A stretch of 64,000 bases of DNA from Candidatus Bathyarchaeia archaeon (GTDB lineage Archaea; Thermoproteota; Bathyarchaeia; Bathyarchaeales; Bathycorpusculaceae). A model generated the notes under the pieces. That model saw only the letters and a program-made list of their open reading frames with translations, was not told the origin of the DNA and ran no database searches. This document shows positions 38,251 through 48,610 of the stretch, piece after piece; positions within the stretch are counted from its first letter, which is position 1; each line of letters starts with the position of its first letter. The position numbers were made by a program, and so were the translations under genes. The DNA lies in NCBI GenBank assembly GCA_049516875.1, contig JBEKSS010000005.1, forward strand, positions 65,983-129,982. The letters run 5' to 3'.

Positions 38251-38868
38251 ATGTCTAAAAACTCTAAAGGGTATATGCCTACGTTCGCGCTCATAGCGGC
38301 AAACGTTGCTGTCTACGCCTTCACTTCCTTCCTCAGCGGAAACATTATAACGACAAGTGACAACGTCATCGCCGCCTTCGGACAGGATAACTACGCTATC
38401 CTTTTGAACGGTGAGGTCTGGAGACTCGTGACAGCCATGTTCATCCACGCAGACATCGTCCACATCTTCGGCAACATGCTTTTCCTGTTGATCTTCGGGC
38501 TGAGAGCAGAAGACATGTTTGACATCAAGGAATACTTGATGATATATTTTGTGAGCGGGTTGTCCGGAGGCTTACTGACATTGGCCTTTTGGCCTAATGT
38601 CCTTTCTGTCGGAGCCTCAGGCGCCATCTTCGGGGTTTTAGGGGCGACTATAATCTACGCTAGACGCTCAGTAGGAGCGTCGATAATGACCGCGTTGATG
38701 TACGCTTTCTTCTTGTTCATTATTAATGTTGGACCTAACGTAAACTATCTGGCTCACCTAGGCGGGTTGGCTGCTGGACTGCTAATAGGCTACGCATTAG
38801 CTTCTTCCCGTAGATCTAGACCCGCAGCGACATATCAACACAACTATCCCCGTTCATGGAGTACGTAA
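38251..38868 (+). CDS. Rhomboid intramembrane serine protease
   Basis: WRLVTAMFIH..HIFGNM, GASGAIFG, AHLGG. Confidence 0.93.
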   Translation: MSKNSKGYMPTFALIAANVAVYAFTSFLSGNIITTSDNVIAAFGQDNYAILLNGEVWRLVTAMFIHADIVHIFGNMLFLLIFGLRAEDMFDIKEYLMIYFVSGLSGGLLTLAFWPNVLSVGASGAIFGVLGATIIYARRSVGASIMTALMYAFFLFIINVGPNVNYLAHLGGLAAGLLIGYALASSRRSRPAATYQHNYPRSWST

Positions 38869-38992
38869 GAACCTCTGCGTTCGCGTAGAGTGAGCCCGCG
38901 GCTAATTTCTACCGAGTCTAAGATGCAAAGGCGGAGTTGCAGCCTTAAACGTGTTCGTAAAAAGCACGTGTTTCTGAAGCGGTGAGCGATTC

Positions 38993-39682
38993 TCAGGGCA
39001 GAGTTAACACTTCAACTTTTACTTTTTGTCCGTCTTTCAGCTTGAGGTGTCTCCTCAGAGGGACTGGAGCGATAATCTCCAACACTGAAGCATCATAATG
39101 GCTTCTTAAAGCCAAGATTAGAGCTCCCTTCACCTCGCTCTGTATTATCACCGGGTAGCATTTTACCGAGCCAAACGTGCGATCCTCATCTTTGAATCCC
39201 TCGATTTCCACGCCTGGGTAGGCTTCAAGCTCGCTTCTAGCCTTGACGTCATAATCTGTAGTGAGTTTCAGGTTAAGCGTTCCCGGGTACGGGTCGAAGC
39301 CCAGTTTCTCGATGAACTGTTTTCTGTAGGCTTCCTTTGATATGTAGTAGGCGCCTTCTCCGAACCCTGTGAAAACAGTGCCTTCCAAGGTTATTGAAGG
39401 AGGATACGCAGCTTCAATCAGAATGCGCAAGGTTGAATAGAGCTTGTTTAGCTGCTTCATGCCTGTGCCAGTGATTTTTATCAGACAGCCTTCAGGTGTT
39501 ATTGTCCTCTCAATCCAGCCTTTGCCTTCCAGTTCAATCAGGTAACGTGACGCGGTCTGCTGAGAGATATCCAACTTTGTTGCCAAGTATTCTGTGGAGA
39601 TCCTCGCTGTCCGGCGATGTGCACCCATCTCAGCAAGCTTCAGCAGCGTGAAAAGGTGGCGGCACGCATGCGTTTCAGACAT
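38993..39682 (-). CDS. ribK: CTP-dependent riboflavin kinase with N-terminal wHTH (RbkR-type)
   Basis: SQQTASR HTH; GFGEGAYY, PYPGTLN, LEIIAPVPLR. Confidence 0.92.
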   Translation of the reverse strand: MSETHACRHLFTLLKLAEMGAHRRTARISTEYLATKLDISQQTASRYLIELEGKGWIERTITPEGCLIKITGTGMKQLNKLYSTLRILIEAAYPPSITLEGTVFTGFGEGAYYISKEAYRKQFIEKLGFDPYPGTLNLKLTTDYDVKARSELEAYPGVEIEGFKDEDRTFGSVKCYPVIIQSEVKGALILALRSHYDASVLEIIAPVPLRRHLKLKDGQKVKVEVLTLP

Positions 39683-39740
39683 GCAAGACCCCGATCTGTT
39701 CTGACCCCTAATGAATTGACCACCTATTTAAATCTCTGAG

Positions 39741-39799
39741 CACTTGATGAAACAAGTGAAGCGCGCGCATGTGCCAATTTAGACTTGTATAAACAATCC
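39741..39799. promoter_or_regulatory. Candidate operator pair between ribK and the CoA operon
   Basis: CACTTG-N6-CAAGTG (39741-39758) and GACTTG-TATAAA-CAATCC (39782-39799). Confidence 0.4.
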
Positions 39800-39854
39800 A
39801 TACAGAATTCTTATTTGAAGCCCTCCAATTAAACTTGACACCAAGGCGTCGAAC

Positions 39855-40769
39855 ATGGAAGAGGCTGCCGCGTTCGCACCATGCCACATCACAGGGGTCT
39901 TCCAGATATGCGACCAATCAGCAGACGCCTTGCACATGGGCTCCAAAGGTGCTGGCGTTTCATTAAATATGGGAGCTAAGACAGTTGTCAAAGTCGAAGA
40001 AGCCCCTGAGTACCGCTTGAAAGTCAGCATCAACAATCACATCACAAATTCTGCGCAAGTGTCGAAGCGTGTTGCCAACGCTTTTCTTTCTCGTTTTGGC
40101 GCGACAACTAATCTTGAGGTCAGAATTGAACATCAGATCGAGGTTCCGATAGGTGCTGGGCTCGGCACGAGTGGAGCTGCAGCGTTGAGTCTTGCCTTGG
40201 CCTTGAACGAGGCTCTAGGGTTGGGCATGTCAAGAACAGAAGCTGCTCAGCTTGCGCACATTGCCGAAGTCGAATGCAAAACCGGGCTTGGAACAGTTAT
40301 AGCCGAGACGTTCGGTGGGCTCGAGATCAGGGTTGAGCCAGGAGCCCCAGGAATCGGCAAAGTAAAGTGCGTGCCCATTCCAGAAGACGCTGTGGTCGCG
40401 TGCCACGTTTTCGGGCCTCTTTCCACTAGAAAGTTCTTAACCAACCCAGGAACTCGCAGGCGCATAAACAGGTTCGGCGGTGACTTGGTCAACGAATTGG
40501 CTAAAACACCGACCGTTTCTAACTTCATGAAGCTCTCACGCCAGTTCGCTGAACATGTCGGATTAATAGGTGAAAAGGTAAGAGGCATCTTAGACGCGAC
40601 AGACAAAGCCGGCGTCGTCTGCAGCATGCCAATGTTCGGAGAATCCGCGTTCACCATAACTGACGAAGAAAATGTCGAGAGGATTCTGAAGGTCTTCCGT
40701 GAATATGGCTCGAACGGTCATATCATTGTCAGCAAAGTGGATCACGAAGGAGCGCGACTTCTTCGATGA
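39855..40769 (+). CDS. Pantoate kinase (GHMP family)
   Basis: [36 protein letters not shown]. Confidence 0.9.
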   Translation: MEEAAAFAPCHITGVFQICDQSADALHMGSKGAGVSLNMGAKTVVKVEEAPEYRLKVSINNHITNSAQVSKRVANAFLSRFGATTNLEVRIEHQIEVPIGAGLGTSGAAALSLALALNEALGLGMSRTEAAQLAHIAEVECKTGLGTVIAETFGGLEIRVEPGAPGIGKVKCVPIPEDAVVACHVFGPLSTRKFLTNPGTRRRINRFGGDLVNELAKTPTVSNFMKLSRQFAEHVGLIGEKVRGILDATDKAGVVCSMPMFGESAFTITDEENVERILKVFREYGSNGHIIVSKVDHEGARLLR

Positions 40770-41557
40770 CCAGCATCAAGATTCCACGTGAACACCCCAG
40801 GGCAAAATCTCTGCAGACACGAGAGAAACTGATCGAGCATTGTCATGAAGGAGTTGTCGCTGTTTCAGGCCTCATCGCGCACGGTCGTGGAGAAGCCTTC
40901 GATTACCTGCTAGGGGAAAAAACTAGTAAGCCGGCATCGGAAGCTACGGTTGCAGCCGCAGCTATGCTTCTGACAGCAGAAAACCCAGTTATCTCTGTCA
41001 ACGGAAACACGGCGGCCTTGGTCGCGAAGGAAATCGTGAAGCTCGCCAATGTTACTGAAGCGAAGATTGAAGTCAATCTCTTCTACAGATCCCTTGAAAG
41101 GGAGCTAGCAATAGAAAAGCTGCTTGTAAAGGCAGGGGCACGAAAAGTTTTAGGGGTAGGCGAAGAGGCATCTGCAAGGATTCCAGAGTTAAGCAGTGAA
41201 AGGCGACGCGTTGATCCAAGAGGGATACTGACGGCCGATGTAGTTCTGGTGCCGCTAGAAGACGGGGACAGAACCGAAGCTCTTGTCAAAATGAGCAAGA
41301 AAGTGATAGCCATAGATCTTAACCCCCTGTCGCGCACAGCGCAGAAAGCAACCATCACGATAGTTGACAACATTGTAAGAGCAGCGCCAAGGCTAGTGCA
41401 GACCGCACAGAAGCTGAAGCAAGGTGTTGAAAAGTGGAGAGAAATCTTGCGAAACTTTGACAACAAGAAAAACCTGGCTGAATCCATCAAATTCATGAAT
41501 GAGAGCCTCTCAAGGTTCGCAGAAAAAAGCCTGTGCATCGCGAGCGAGGGCGAATGA
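40766..41557 (+). CDS. 4'-phosphopantoate--beta-alanine ligase (PPS)
   Basis: [46 protein letters not shown]. Confidence 0.93.
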   Translation: MTSIKIPREHPRAKSLQTREKLIEHCHEGVVAVSGLIAHGRGEAFDYLLGEKTSKPASEATVAAAAMLLTAENPVISVNGNTAALVAKEIVKLANVTEAKIEVNLFYRSLERELAIEKLLVKAGARKVLGVGEEASARIPELSSERRRVDPRGILTADVVLVPLEDGDRTEALVKMSKKVIAIDLNPLSRTAQKATITIVDNIVRAAPRLVQTAQKLKQGVEKWREILRNFDNKKNLAESIKFMNESLSRFAEKSLCIASEGE

Positions 41558-41558
41558 T

Positions 41559-42467
41559 ATGGCATTCAACAAAGTTTTCGTTTTCGGCGCTGGCGCCATA
41601 GGAAGTGTCATCGCCGCTCTGTTATCTAGGAAGAATGATGTAACATTAATCGGAAACAAGGCACACGCAGACGCTGTGAACTCGAGAGGTCTGTCAATTT
41701 CTGGCGATGTTGATGAAACCTTTCGTGTACAGGCTGACACTGAAATCCGGGAAATACCTTGGGGAACCCTGATTTTCTTGACAACAAAGGCTTATGATTC
41801 GGAAAAAGCGGTAAGAGGAATAGATAGACTTCTCAGAGAAGACACGGTTGTTCTGGTTCTGCAGAATGGCCTTGGAAACGAAGAGGTGGTCAGGCGCGCT
41901 GTCAGTGGCAAGGCCAAGGTTCTAAGAGGAGTGACATCCATGGCCGCGGAGTTCTTCAAAGCAGGAGAGGTGAGGTATTGGAAGGGAGAAACAACAATTG
42001 AACATGATATAGTAGCACAGAAAGTTGCGGATATCCTGAATGCGTGCGCTTTGAAGACAAGTATTTCCGGGAACATCAGAGAAGAAATATGGGGCAAGGT
42101 CGTCGTTAACAGCGTGGTGAACCCGTTGACGGCCATTTTCCGTGTTAGAAATCGTGAGATCGGCACACAAAATTTAGCAAGTGTTAGGCATAAAATTGTC
42201 CGAGAATGCGTTCAAGTTGGAAACGCTGAGGGGATAGCCCTTCCAAAGGATTTAGAGAAAGAAATCGACAGAGAGATTCTCAGTTACACGAATTTCTCTT
42301 CTATGTGTCAAGACATAATGAAAAGGAAGAAAACCGAAATTGACTTCCTTAACGGAAGGATAGTCGAGCTGGGCGGAAAACATCACGTTCCAACACCAGT
42401 GAACGAAACCATCGTTCATCTCGTGAAATTTCTGGAGGAGAAAAATGAACTTCCAAGAGAGAATTAG
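41559..42467 (+). CDS. panE: 2-dehydropantoate 2-reductase
   Basis: GAGAIG, TTKAYD, LQNGLG, WGK..VN..VNPL, SSMCQD..TEIDFLNG. Confidence 0.93.
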   Translation: MAFNKVFVFGAGAIGSVIAALLSRKNDVTLIGNKAHADAVNSRGLSISGDVDETFRVQADTEIREIPWGTLIFLTTKAYDSEKAVRGIDRLLREDTVVLVLQNGLGNEEVVRRAVSGKAKVLRGVTSMAAEFFKAGEVRYWKGETTIEHDIVAQKVADILNACALKTSISGNIREEIWGKVVVNSVVNPLTAIFRVRNREIGTQNLASVRHKIVRECVQVGNAEGIALPKDLEKEIDREILSYTNFSSMCQDIMKRKKTEIDFLNGRIVELGGKHHVPTPVNETIVHLVKFLEEKNELPREN

Positions 42468-43215
42468 ACAGAAGAAGGGTAGAGAGAAAATCATAATGTT
42501 GACGGCCTACGACTTTCAAATGGCAAGAATACTGGACCAGAGTGGCATTGACTTGATTCTTGTCGGCGATAGCTCAGGCATGGTTGTACAAGGTTACAGC
42601 GACACCAAGAGCGTGACGATGGCGGACATGATCTACCACGCCAAAGCAGTGGCAAGAGGAGCCAAAGCCACGCCGATCATAGGAGACATGCCGATAAACA
42701 GCTGCAACACGGCAGAAGACTGCCTGAAAAATGCCAAGCAATTCATCGAAGCAGGAGCACACGGAATCAAAATCGAAGGAAGGAAAACAGACGCCATAAA
42801 AGCTTTGATAAACGGTGGAATCCCGGTGATGGGCCACGTGGGAATGCTCCCTCAAATGGCCGAAGCTTATCACGTGAAGGGGAAAAACCCTGAAGAAGCC
42901 AACGAAATTCGGAAAGACGCTCAGGAGCTGGACACGCTCGGTGTCTTCTCCATAGTGCTAGAATGTATTCCTGAGAGTCTAGCGAAGACAATAACCGAAT
43001 CCGTAAACGCGCCTACGATAGGCATTGGAGCCGGGAAACACTGCGACGGGCAGGTTCTGGTCATAAATGACATGCTGGGTCTTGACGAGAACTTCAGACC
43101 GAAATATGTAAAGACATACGCTGACTTGAACAAGACAATAAAAGATGCCGTGGCCAAGTTCGTCGAAGAAGTTTCCACTGGCAAATATCCGGACGAGGAA
43201 CACACCTACCATTAG
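42445..43215 (+). CDS. panB: 3-methyl-2-oxobutanoate hydroxymethyltransferase
   Basis: MLTAYD, LVGDS, KIEG, GHVG, IGIGAG..DGQVLV..DMLG. Confidence 0.95.
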   Translation: MNFQERIRQKKGREKIIMLTAYDFQMARILDQSGIDLILVGDSSGMVVQGYSDTKSVTMADMIYHAKAVARGAKATPIIGDMPINSCNTAEDCLKNAKQFIEAGAHGIKIEGRKTDAIKALINGGIPVMGHVGMLPQMAEAYHVKGKNPEEANEIRKDAQELDTLGVFSIVLECIPESLAKTITESVNAPTIGIGAGKHCDGQVLVINDMLGLDENFRPKYVKTYADLNKTIKDAVAKFVEEVSTGKYPDEEHTYH

Positions 43216-43236
43216 ATCGCATCGGAGCCATGAAAA

Positions 43237-44400
43237 ATGCAGGTCAAAGGCTTGCCTCAAAAAGCGCTTCTAAAAGAGCTTGAATCAAGGCTTCAAGGAG
43301 ACTTTACGTACAATTCTGGAAGAATCGTGGGCTCCATGTGCACCAGCCCACATCCCCTGGCCAGAAAAGTGTATTCCCGCTTTATCGACAAGAATGTAGG
43401 TGACTCAGGACTCTTTCCTGCCGTGGCTGAAATAGAGAAAGAAACAGTAAAAATGCTGGGCAGCGTTCTTTCGAATCCGCAAGCCTCAGGACAGATAGTG
43501 ACAGGTGGAACTGAAGCCAATGTTCTAGCATTGTGGACCGCCAAGAAGCTTTCTAAGAAAACCAACGGTGAAATCATAGTGCCTGCTTCTGCGCACTGTT
43601 CCTTCGACAAGGCCGCAGACTTGCTAGGTTTGAAAATCGTAAGGGCCAGATTGAATAGCAGATACCAAGTCGACGTGGAAGCTGTAAAAGAAGCAGTGAA
43701 TCCAAGAACCATAGCAATCGTGGGCGTAGCTGGGACGACAGGGCTGGGTGTGGTTGATCCGATAGAAGAGTTGTCGGAACTTGCTCTGGAAAAGAACCTG
43801 TACCTTCACGTGGATGCGGCTTTCGGAGGGTTCGTACTCCCGTTCATGAAGGACTTGGGATACAACGTGCCGGGTTTTGACTTTGCAGTTCCTGGGGTGT
43901 GCTCCGTCACGGTTGATCCGCACAAGATGGGATTAGCTCCTATCCCAGCCGGCGGAATATTGTTCCGAAACGAAAACCTTAGAAAGACAGTTTCATGGAA
44001 CATTCCTTATCTGTCCGGCGGAGAAACCGAGCAAGCCACGCTCGTTGGAACACGTTCTGGCGCTTCAGTCATCGCCGTCTGGACTCTGATGAAGCATCTT
44101 GGAAGAGAAGGCTACAGAAGCATCGTCGGTAAATGCATGCGTTTAACCTTGAAGCTTGCAGAAGAAATCCCAAAAATCAGGGGTCTGAGCACAGTTGCCA
44201 AACCGAAATTGAACATCGTTGGACTGAAATCCAACATGGTTAGTACTTGTCGAATAGCAAAAGAACTGAGGCTCAGAAAGTGGGCAGTATCGCTATTTCC
44301 AACTCACATCCGAATCGTCGTCATGCCTCATATCCAGGAACAACATATTGAAGAATTACTGGAAGATTTAAACGAGACAGCTGATGAATTAAGAGGTTAG
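43237..44400 (+). CDS. mfnA: PLP-dependent aspartate/tyrosine decarboxylase (beta-alanine supply)
   Basis: GSMCT, TGGTEAN, HVDAAFGG, DPHKMG, GTRSG; lies within the CoA operon. Confidence 0.9.
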   Translation: MQVKGLPQKALLKELESRLQGDFTYNSGRIVGSMCTSPHPLARKVYSRFIDKNVGDSGLFPAVAEIEKETVKMLGSVLSNPQASGQIVTGGTEANVLALWTAKKLSKKTNGEIIVPASAHCSFDKAADLLGLKIVRARLNSRYQVDVEAVKEAVNPRTIAIVGVAGTTGLGVVDPIEELSELALEKNLYLHVDAAFGGFVLPFMKDLGYNVPGFDFAVPGVCSVTVDPHKMGLAPIPAGGILFRNENLRKTVSWNIPYLSGGETEQATLVGTRSGASVIAVWTLMKHLGREGYRSIVGKCMRLTLKLAEEIPKIRGLSTVAKPKLNIVGLKSNMVSTCRIAKELRLRKWAVSLFPTHIRIVVMPHIQEQHIEELLEDLNETADELRG

Positions 44401-44409
44401 ACAGGAGGA

Positions 44410-45669
44410 TTGGTTTTGTCAACACATCCGTCGAAGAACATCAGGGAAACCGAAGGCAAAGAGTTGAAAGACAAACGCATAGTTCTGTGTGTAACCGGCA
44501 GCGTCGCGGCAGTTCAAAGCCCGGAAATTGCCCGAGCACTGATGCGACGCGGTGCCGACGTCTTCGCTGTGATGTCGCCGATGGCTGAGAAAATCGTTCA
44601 CTCACACCTGATGGAGTGGGCAACCGGAAACGAAGTCATAACGGAGCTGACGGGGAAGATTGAACACGTCGCTCTGGTTGGAGAACACTCTTTGAAAGCT
44701 GACCTAGTTCTGGTAGCACCAGCCACAGCAAACACGATAAGCAAAATTGCCTGCGGGATTGATGACACAACTGTCACGTCCGTTGCCTCAACAGCCTTTG
44801 GGTCAAACTGTCCAATAATCATCGTTCCGGCAATGCATGAATCCATGTACAACCACCCGATACTAGTCAAGAACATCAAGAAGCTCAAAGATCTGGGGGT
44901 GGAATTCGTAGGTCCAAGAATCGAGGAAGCAAAGGCAAAAATCGCCAAAACCAGAGAAATCGTCCATGCGGTCATTCGCAGACTTGCAGCCAGACAGGAT
45001 TTCTCCGGACTGAGAGTGTTGATTACTACGGGCGCAACCGTGGAGCACATAGACCCTGTTCGCGTTGTTACGAACAAGAGCTCTGGAAAAATGGGCGTCG
45101 CGATGGCAGAAGAAGCCTTGAGCCGCGGGGCCGAAGTGACGCTTGTCTACGGTTCGGGAACGGAAACTCCTCCCCCGAGAGCCCATCTGCATACTGTTGA
45201 GACGACAGAGCAAATGTACGAAGCAGTCGTTTCTGAACTGAAATCAAAAAGATATAACGTAGTCATAGCTGTTGCTGCGGTTGCCGACTGGACCCCTGAA
45301 AAACCGTATTCATACAAGGTTTCGTCACACGAGCTGAATTCGCTGGATCTGAAGCTGAAACCCACCGTGAAGATCATCGACAGCGTGAAAAAAGTCAGTC
45401 CTAGAAGTTTTCTCGTGGCTTTCCGCGCTGAATATAAGCTGCCCCAGAGAGAGTTGATCGAAAGCGGATACAAGAGGCTGGTGGAAGCCAAGGCTGATCT
45501 CATCGTGGTCAACGACGTGGGAAAGAAAGGAGTCGGATTCGAAACCGACACGAACGAGGTCTTCATCATAGACAAGAAGAAGAACGTAGTGCATGTGCCA
45601 TTATCCAAAAAGCGAGAAGTTGCAAGGAAGATACTTGATGTCATTAGTGACAGAATCAAACCAAAATAG
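44410..45669 (+). CDS. coaBC: Bifunctional phosphopantothenoylcysteine decarboxylase/synthetase
   Basis: TGSVAA, APATANT, PAMH..M, IDPVR..NKSSGKMG, AAVAD. Confidence 0.95.
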   Translation: MVLSTHPSKNIRETEGKELKDKRIVLCVTGSVAAVQSPEIARALMRRGADVFAVMSPMAEKIVHSHLMEWATGNEVITELTGKIEHVALVGEHSLKADLVLVAPATANTISKIACGIDDTTVTSVASTAFGSNCPIIIVPAMHESMYNHPILVKNIKKLKDLGVEFVGPRIEEAKAKIAKTREIVHAVIRRLAARQDFSGLRVLITTGATVEHIDPVRVVTNKSSGKMGVAMAEEALSRGAEVTLVYGSGTETPPPRAHLHTVETTEQMYEAVVSELKSKRYNVVIAVAAVADWTPEKPYSYKVSSHELNSLDLKLKPTVKIIDSVKKVSPRSFLVAFRAEYKLPQRELIESGYKRLVEAKADLIVVNDVGKKGVGFETDTNEVFIIDKKKNVVHVPLSKKREVARKILDVISDRIKPK

Positions 45670-45707
45670 TCTTATAGACAGTCCAGACGCGTTAAATGTG
45701 AAATCCG

Positions 45708-46196
45708 ATGCAGAAAAAGTTCAGAACCGTCGGCGTTGGCGGAACCTTCGACGAGCTTCACAAGGGACATAGAGAATTGCTTATCAAAGCCTTCGACATA
45801 GGCGAACGCGTCATGATCGGCGTTTCTTCAGACGAATTTGTTAAGAAAATGAAAAAGCCTCACCCAACAGCATTATACGAGGAGCGCACAGAGGACCTGA
45901 GGAATTTCCTAAGAGATCTTGGAATGCTGCAGAGGACTGAAATAATTCCGATAAATGATGCCTATGGTGGGGTTCTACTGTCCAAGGATCCTATTGAAGC
46001 ACTGGTTGTTAGTAAGGAGACGGAGCCCGTCGCCCTTAGAACCAACGAAAAAAGGAAGGAAATCGGAATAAACCCGCTTGAAATAGTCGTCATCGGCATG
46101 GTTCCATCCGAGAATCACAAGGCCATTTCAACGACGCGGATCCGCACTGGCGAAATTGACCGCGAAGGACATCTTCTGAAGCAAAAAGCAAAATGA
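45708..46196 (+). CDS. coaD: Archaeal/eukaryotic-type phosphopantetheine adenylyltransferase
   Basis: GGTFDELHKGH, LVVSKET, ISTTRIR.GEID. Confidence 0.9.
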   Translation: MQKKFRTVGVGGTFDELHKGHRELLIKAFDIGERVMIGVSSDEFVKKMKKPHPTALYEERTEDLRNFLRDLGMLQRTEIIPINDAYGGVLLSKDPIEALVVSKETEPVALRTNEKRKEIGINPLEIVVIGMVPSENHKAISTTRIRTGEIDREGHLLKQKAK

Positions 46197-46238
46197 TTAA
46201 ACCAATTTTACAGCACTTATATCACAAGCGGTGTTGCA

Positions 46239-47387
46239 GTGCAAAGAACGGGCTTTGCTAGGCTTCCACTTCATTACGGCCGGGCGCCACGATACCTAAT
46301 TGTACGAATGCAAAAACTTGCCAAGGAGATAGTGACCATCATTGTAGATGAGTACGGTTCAGACGAGTTCTTGAGACGTGTTTCCGACCCGTTTTGGTTT
46401 CAAGCTTTGGGTTGCGTTTTAGGTTATGACTGGCACTCTTCAGGCGTTACCACGGTTCTAACTGGGATTCTGAAACAAGCCCTTTCGCCTGAGCAGCATG
46501 GTATCGCGGTGTGTGGCGGAAAAGGTAAAGCTTCCAGAAAAACGCCCATGGAAATAGGTGAAGTCGGTGAAGAGTTCGGGTTCTCCAGCGACAACATCGA
46601 GGTTCTGCGGCACGCCAGCAGAATGAGCGCAAAAGTTGACAACATAGCCGTGCAAGCAGGTTATCAGCTTTATCATCACGCATTTTTCCTTGCCGATGAC
46701 AAGAAATGGGCGGTTGTGCAACAGGGCATGTGCACCCAAGATCGTACAGCGAGGCGTTACCATTGGCTCTCCGATAATGTAAGAAGGTTTGTCGTTGAAC
46801 CGCACAATGCAATAGTGGGCGACGTGAAACGAGACACTGTACTGGACATGACTGCAGAAATAAGTGAGGGTTGCAGAAAGGCCTCAGTCGATCTTGCAAA
46901 AGAAGAGCCGAAGAGGCTGATACGAATGTTCCAGTCTGCCAGGCCCGAATTTCAAAAACCCTTGAGCGAATGGCTGCCCATTGACGCAGGCACCGCCTGG
47001 AAGGAGTATTCATTTGACTATCTGTCCATGCCGCGAAGCGTGAACTGGAAGACTCTGCGCGAAGTTTACGAGTTTCAACCGCGCAGCTACGAAGAATTGC
47101 TCGGAATCGGAGGCGTTGGACCAGCTACAGTCAGAGGCCTAGCTTTGGTTGCAGAAGTGATCTACGGCGAAAAACCAAGCTGGAAGGACCCCGTGAAATA
47201 CTCTTTTGCATACGGCGGAAAGGACGGTGTCCCCTACCCAGTCGACCGAAAAGTCATGGACGAGTCCATCCAAATTCTCAAGCAAGCAGTAGAGGATGCA
47301 AGAATTGGAAGCAAGGATAAAATGCGTTCGCTGCGAAAGCTCACGCAGTTCGTTCCAGACAACATGCCCGCTCAGGAAACCGATTAG
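46239..47387 (+). CDS. DUF763 protein
   Basis: LPLHYG, DPFWFQALG..DWHSSG, VVQQGM..ARRYHW, DPVKYSFAYGGKDG. Confidence 0.88.
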   Translation: MQRTGFARLPLHYGRAPRYLIVRMQKLAKEIVTIIVDEYGSDEFLRRVSDPFWFQALGCVLGYDWHSSGVTTVLTGILKQALSPEQHGIAVCGGKGKASRKTPMEIGEVGEEFGFSSDNIEVLRHASRMSAKVDNIAVQAGYQLYHHAFFLADDKKWAVVQQGMCTQDRTARRYHWLSDNVRRFVVEPHNAIVGDVKRDTVLDMTAEISEGCRKASVDLAKEEPKRLIRMFQSARPEFQKPLSEWLPIDAGTAWKEYSFDYLSMPRSVNWKTLREVYEFQPRSYEELLGIGGVGPATVRGLALVAEVIYGEKPSWKDPVKYSFAYGGKDGVPYPVDRKVMDESIQILKQAVEDARIGSKDKMRSLRKLTQFVPDNMPAQETD

Positions 47388-47413
47388 TGACATAGCAAAA
47401 AAATGGTCTAACA

Positions 47414-48565
47414 TCACAATTGAAACAGATGTCTGTCAAAATTGGTTAAGAATTCAGCCTTTTTCGGCCCGATAAGAACGATGTCCTCCACGCGGAGATA
47501 GTATTCGCCGGCATGCCACAGCTTGGGTTCTAGGGCCATAACCATGTCCTTTCGAAGAATTTCTTCGTATTCTGGGCTGAGCCATGGGGGTTCGTGAACT
47601 TCTACGCCGATGTTGTGTCCGAGGTTTTTCGTTGGCAGACGTGCACGAATATAATCTCCATACTTCAGTCTGTCCAAGGTCTTCTCTAACTCTGGGAAGG
47701 CTTCGCACGCACGCATACAGCCATCCCTGATTTTCTCCACTGTCTCAACAACTGACTGTTGTAACGCCTCGTACGCTTTTTTGACCTCCACACTGGCCGG
47801 CCCAAAGTAGAAGCTTCTTCCGAAATCAGAGCAGTATCCATTAACTACGAAGCCTATGTCAAAAGCTATGGACGTGCCGGATACAAGACCTTTCTCCTTT
47901 GGATATGTGAAAGGGTTCTGCGAGATTTCTGAACCCGACTTAACGAACCCCGCAGTTGGCGGAAAGGACACGTCTGACGCCCCTAGGAGTCTGCTTTCAA
48001 ACTCGACGTCAAGTTCAAGTTCCTTCTGGGTTACGCCTTCCTTGATTTTCGGAACCACTTTTTCCATCACTTGGTCCGTTAGCGTGGCCGCTTTTCTCAA
48101 GCGCCCAATCTCTTCGCCGTCTTTTATCATCCTCAAATCATCCATAAGTCCATCCGCTCTGAGGAACCGCGGGTTTTTCAGAAGCTCTTCTATTTGTGTG
48201 ATAGTTGAGCCCCAAACGTGGTTGCCTAACCCGACGTTGCACCCTTTTAGGTCAAGGTCGGATATCACTTTTCTAAGCGCGTCTCGATAATCTTCCTTCT
48301 TGCCCGAAATTCTGCAATCCTTAATCCATGTACTCCGCGCTTGCTCTGACGAGTCCTCATCCAAAGTCAAGATAGGTTCCCCCTTTCTGGGCACAAACAC
48401 ATTGTTCGCCGAACAACCAAGATCTACCCAACGGCGCCAATTCACCAATAGTCCTGTCAGGTATTGAAAGTTCTGACAAGAACCGTAAACGACAAGGTCA
48501 ATGTCGGCTTTCAGCATCTTCTCCTGAAGCCCCTCAAGCCTCCACTTGAAGTTCAAGACGTTCAC
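47414..48565 (-). CDS. M24 Xaa-Pro peptidase family protein
   Basis: RMIKD..EI, DIG..GYCSDFGR, GHNIGVEVHE, LEP, RVED. Confidence 0.9.
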   Translation of the reverse strand: MNVLNFKWRLEGLQEKMLKADIDLVVYGSCQNFQYLTGLLVNWRRWVDLGCSANNVFVPRKGEPILTLDEDSSEQARSTWIKDCRISGKKEDYRDALRKVISDLDLKGCNVGLGNHVWGSTITQIEELLKNPRFLRADGLMDDLRMIKDGEEIGRLRKAATLTDQVMEKVVPKIKEGVTQKELELDVEFESRLLGASDVSFPPTAGFVKSGSEISQNPFTYPKEKGLVSGTSIAFDIGFVVNGYCSDFGRSFYFGPASVEVKKAYEALQQSVVETVEKIRDGCMRACEAFPELEKTLDRLKYGDYIRARLPTKNLGHNIGVEVHEPPWLSPEYEEILRKDMVMALEPKLWHAGEYYLRVEDIVLIGPKKAEFLTNFDRHLFQL

Positions 48566-48610
48566 AACTCCTTTGTTCGCTCTGACCGTATGATGTTAAT
48601 CAAAGAGATT

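Noticed and set aside
46239-47387. DUF763 as the missing dephospho-CoA kinase
   Set aside because: No kinase motif visible; the archaeal enzyme is known to be DUF359-type
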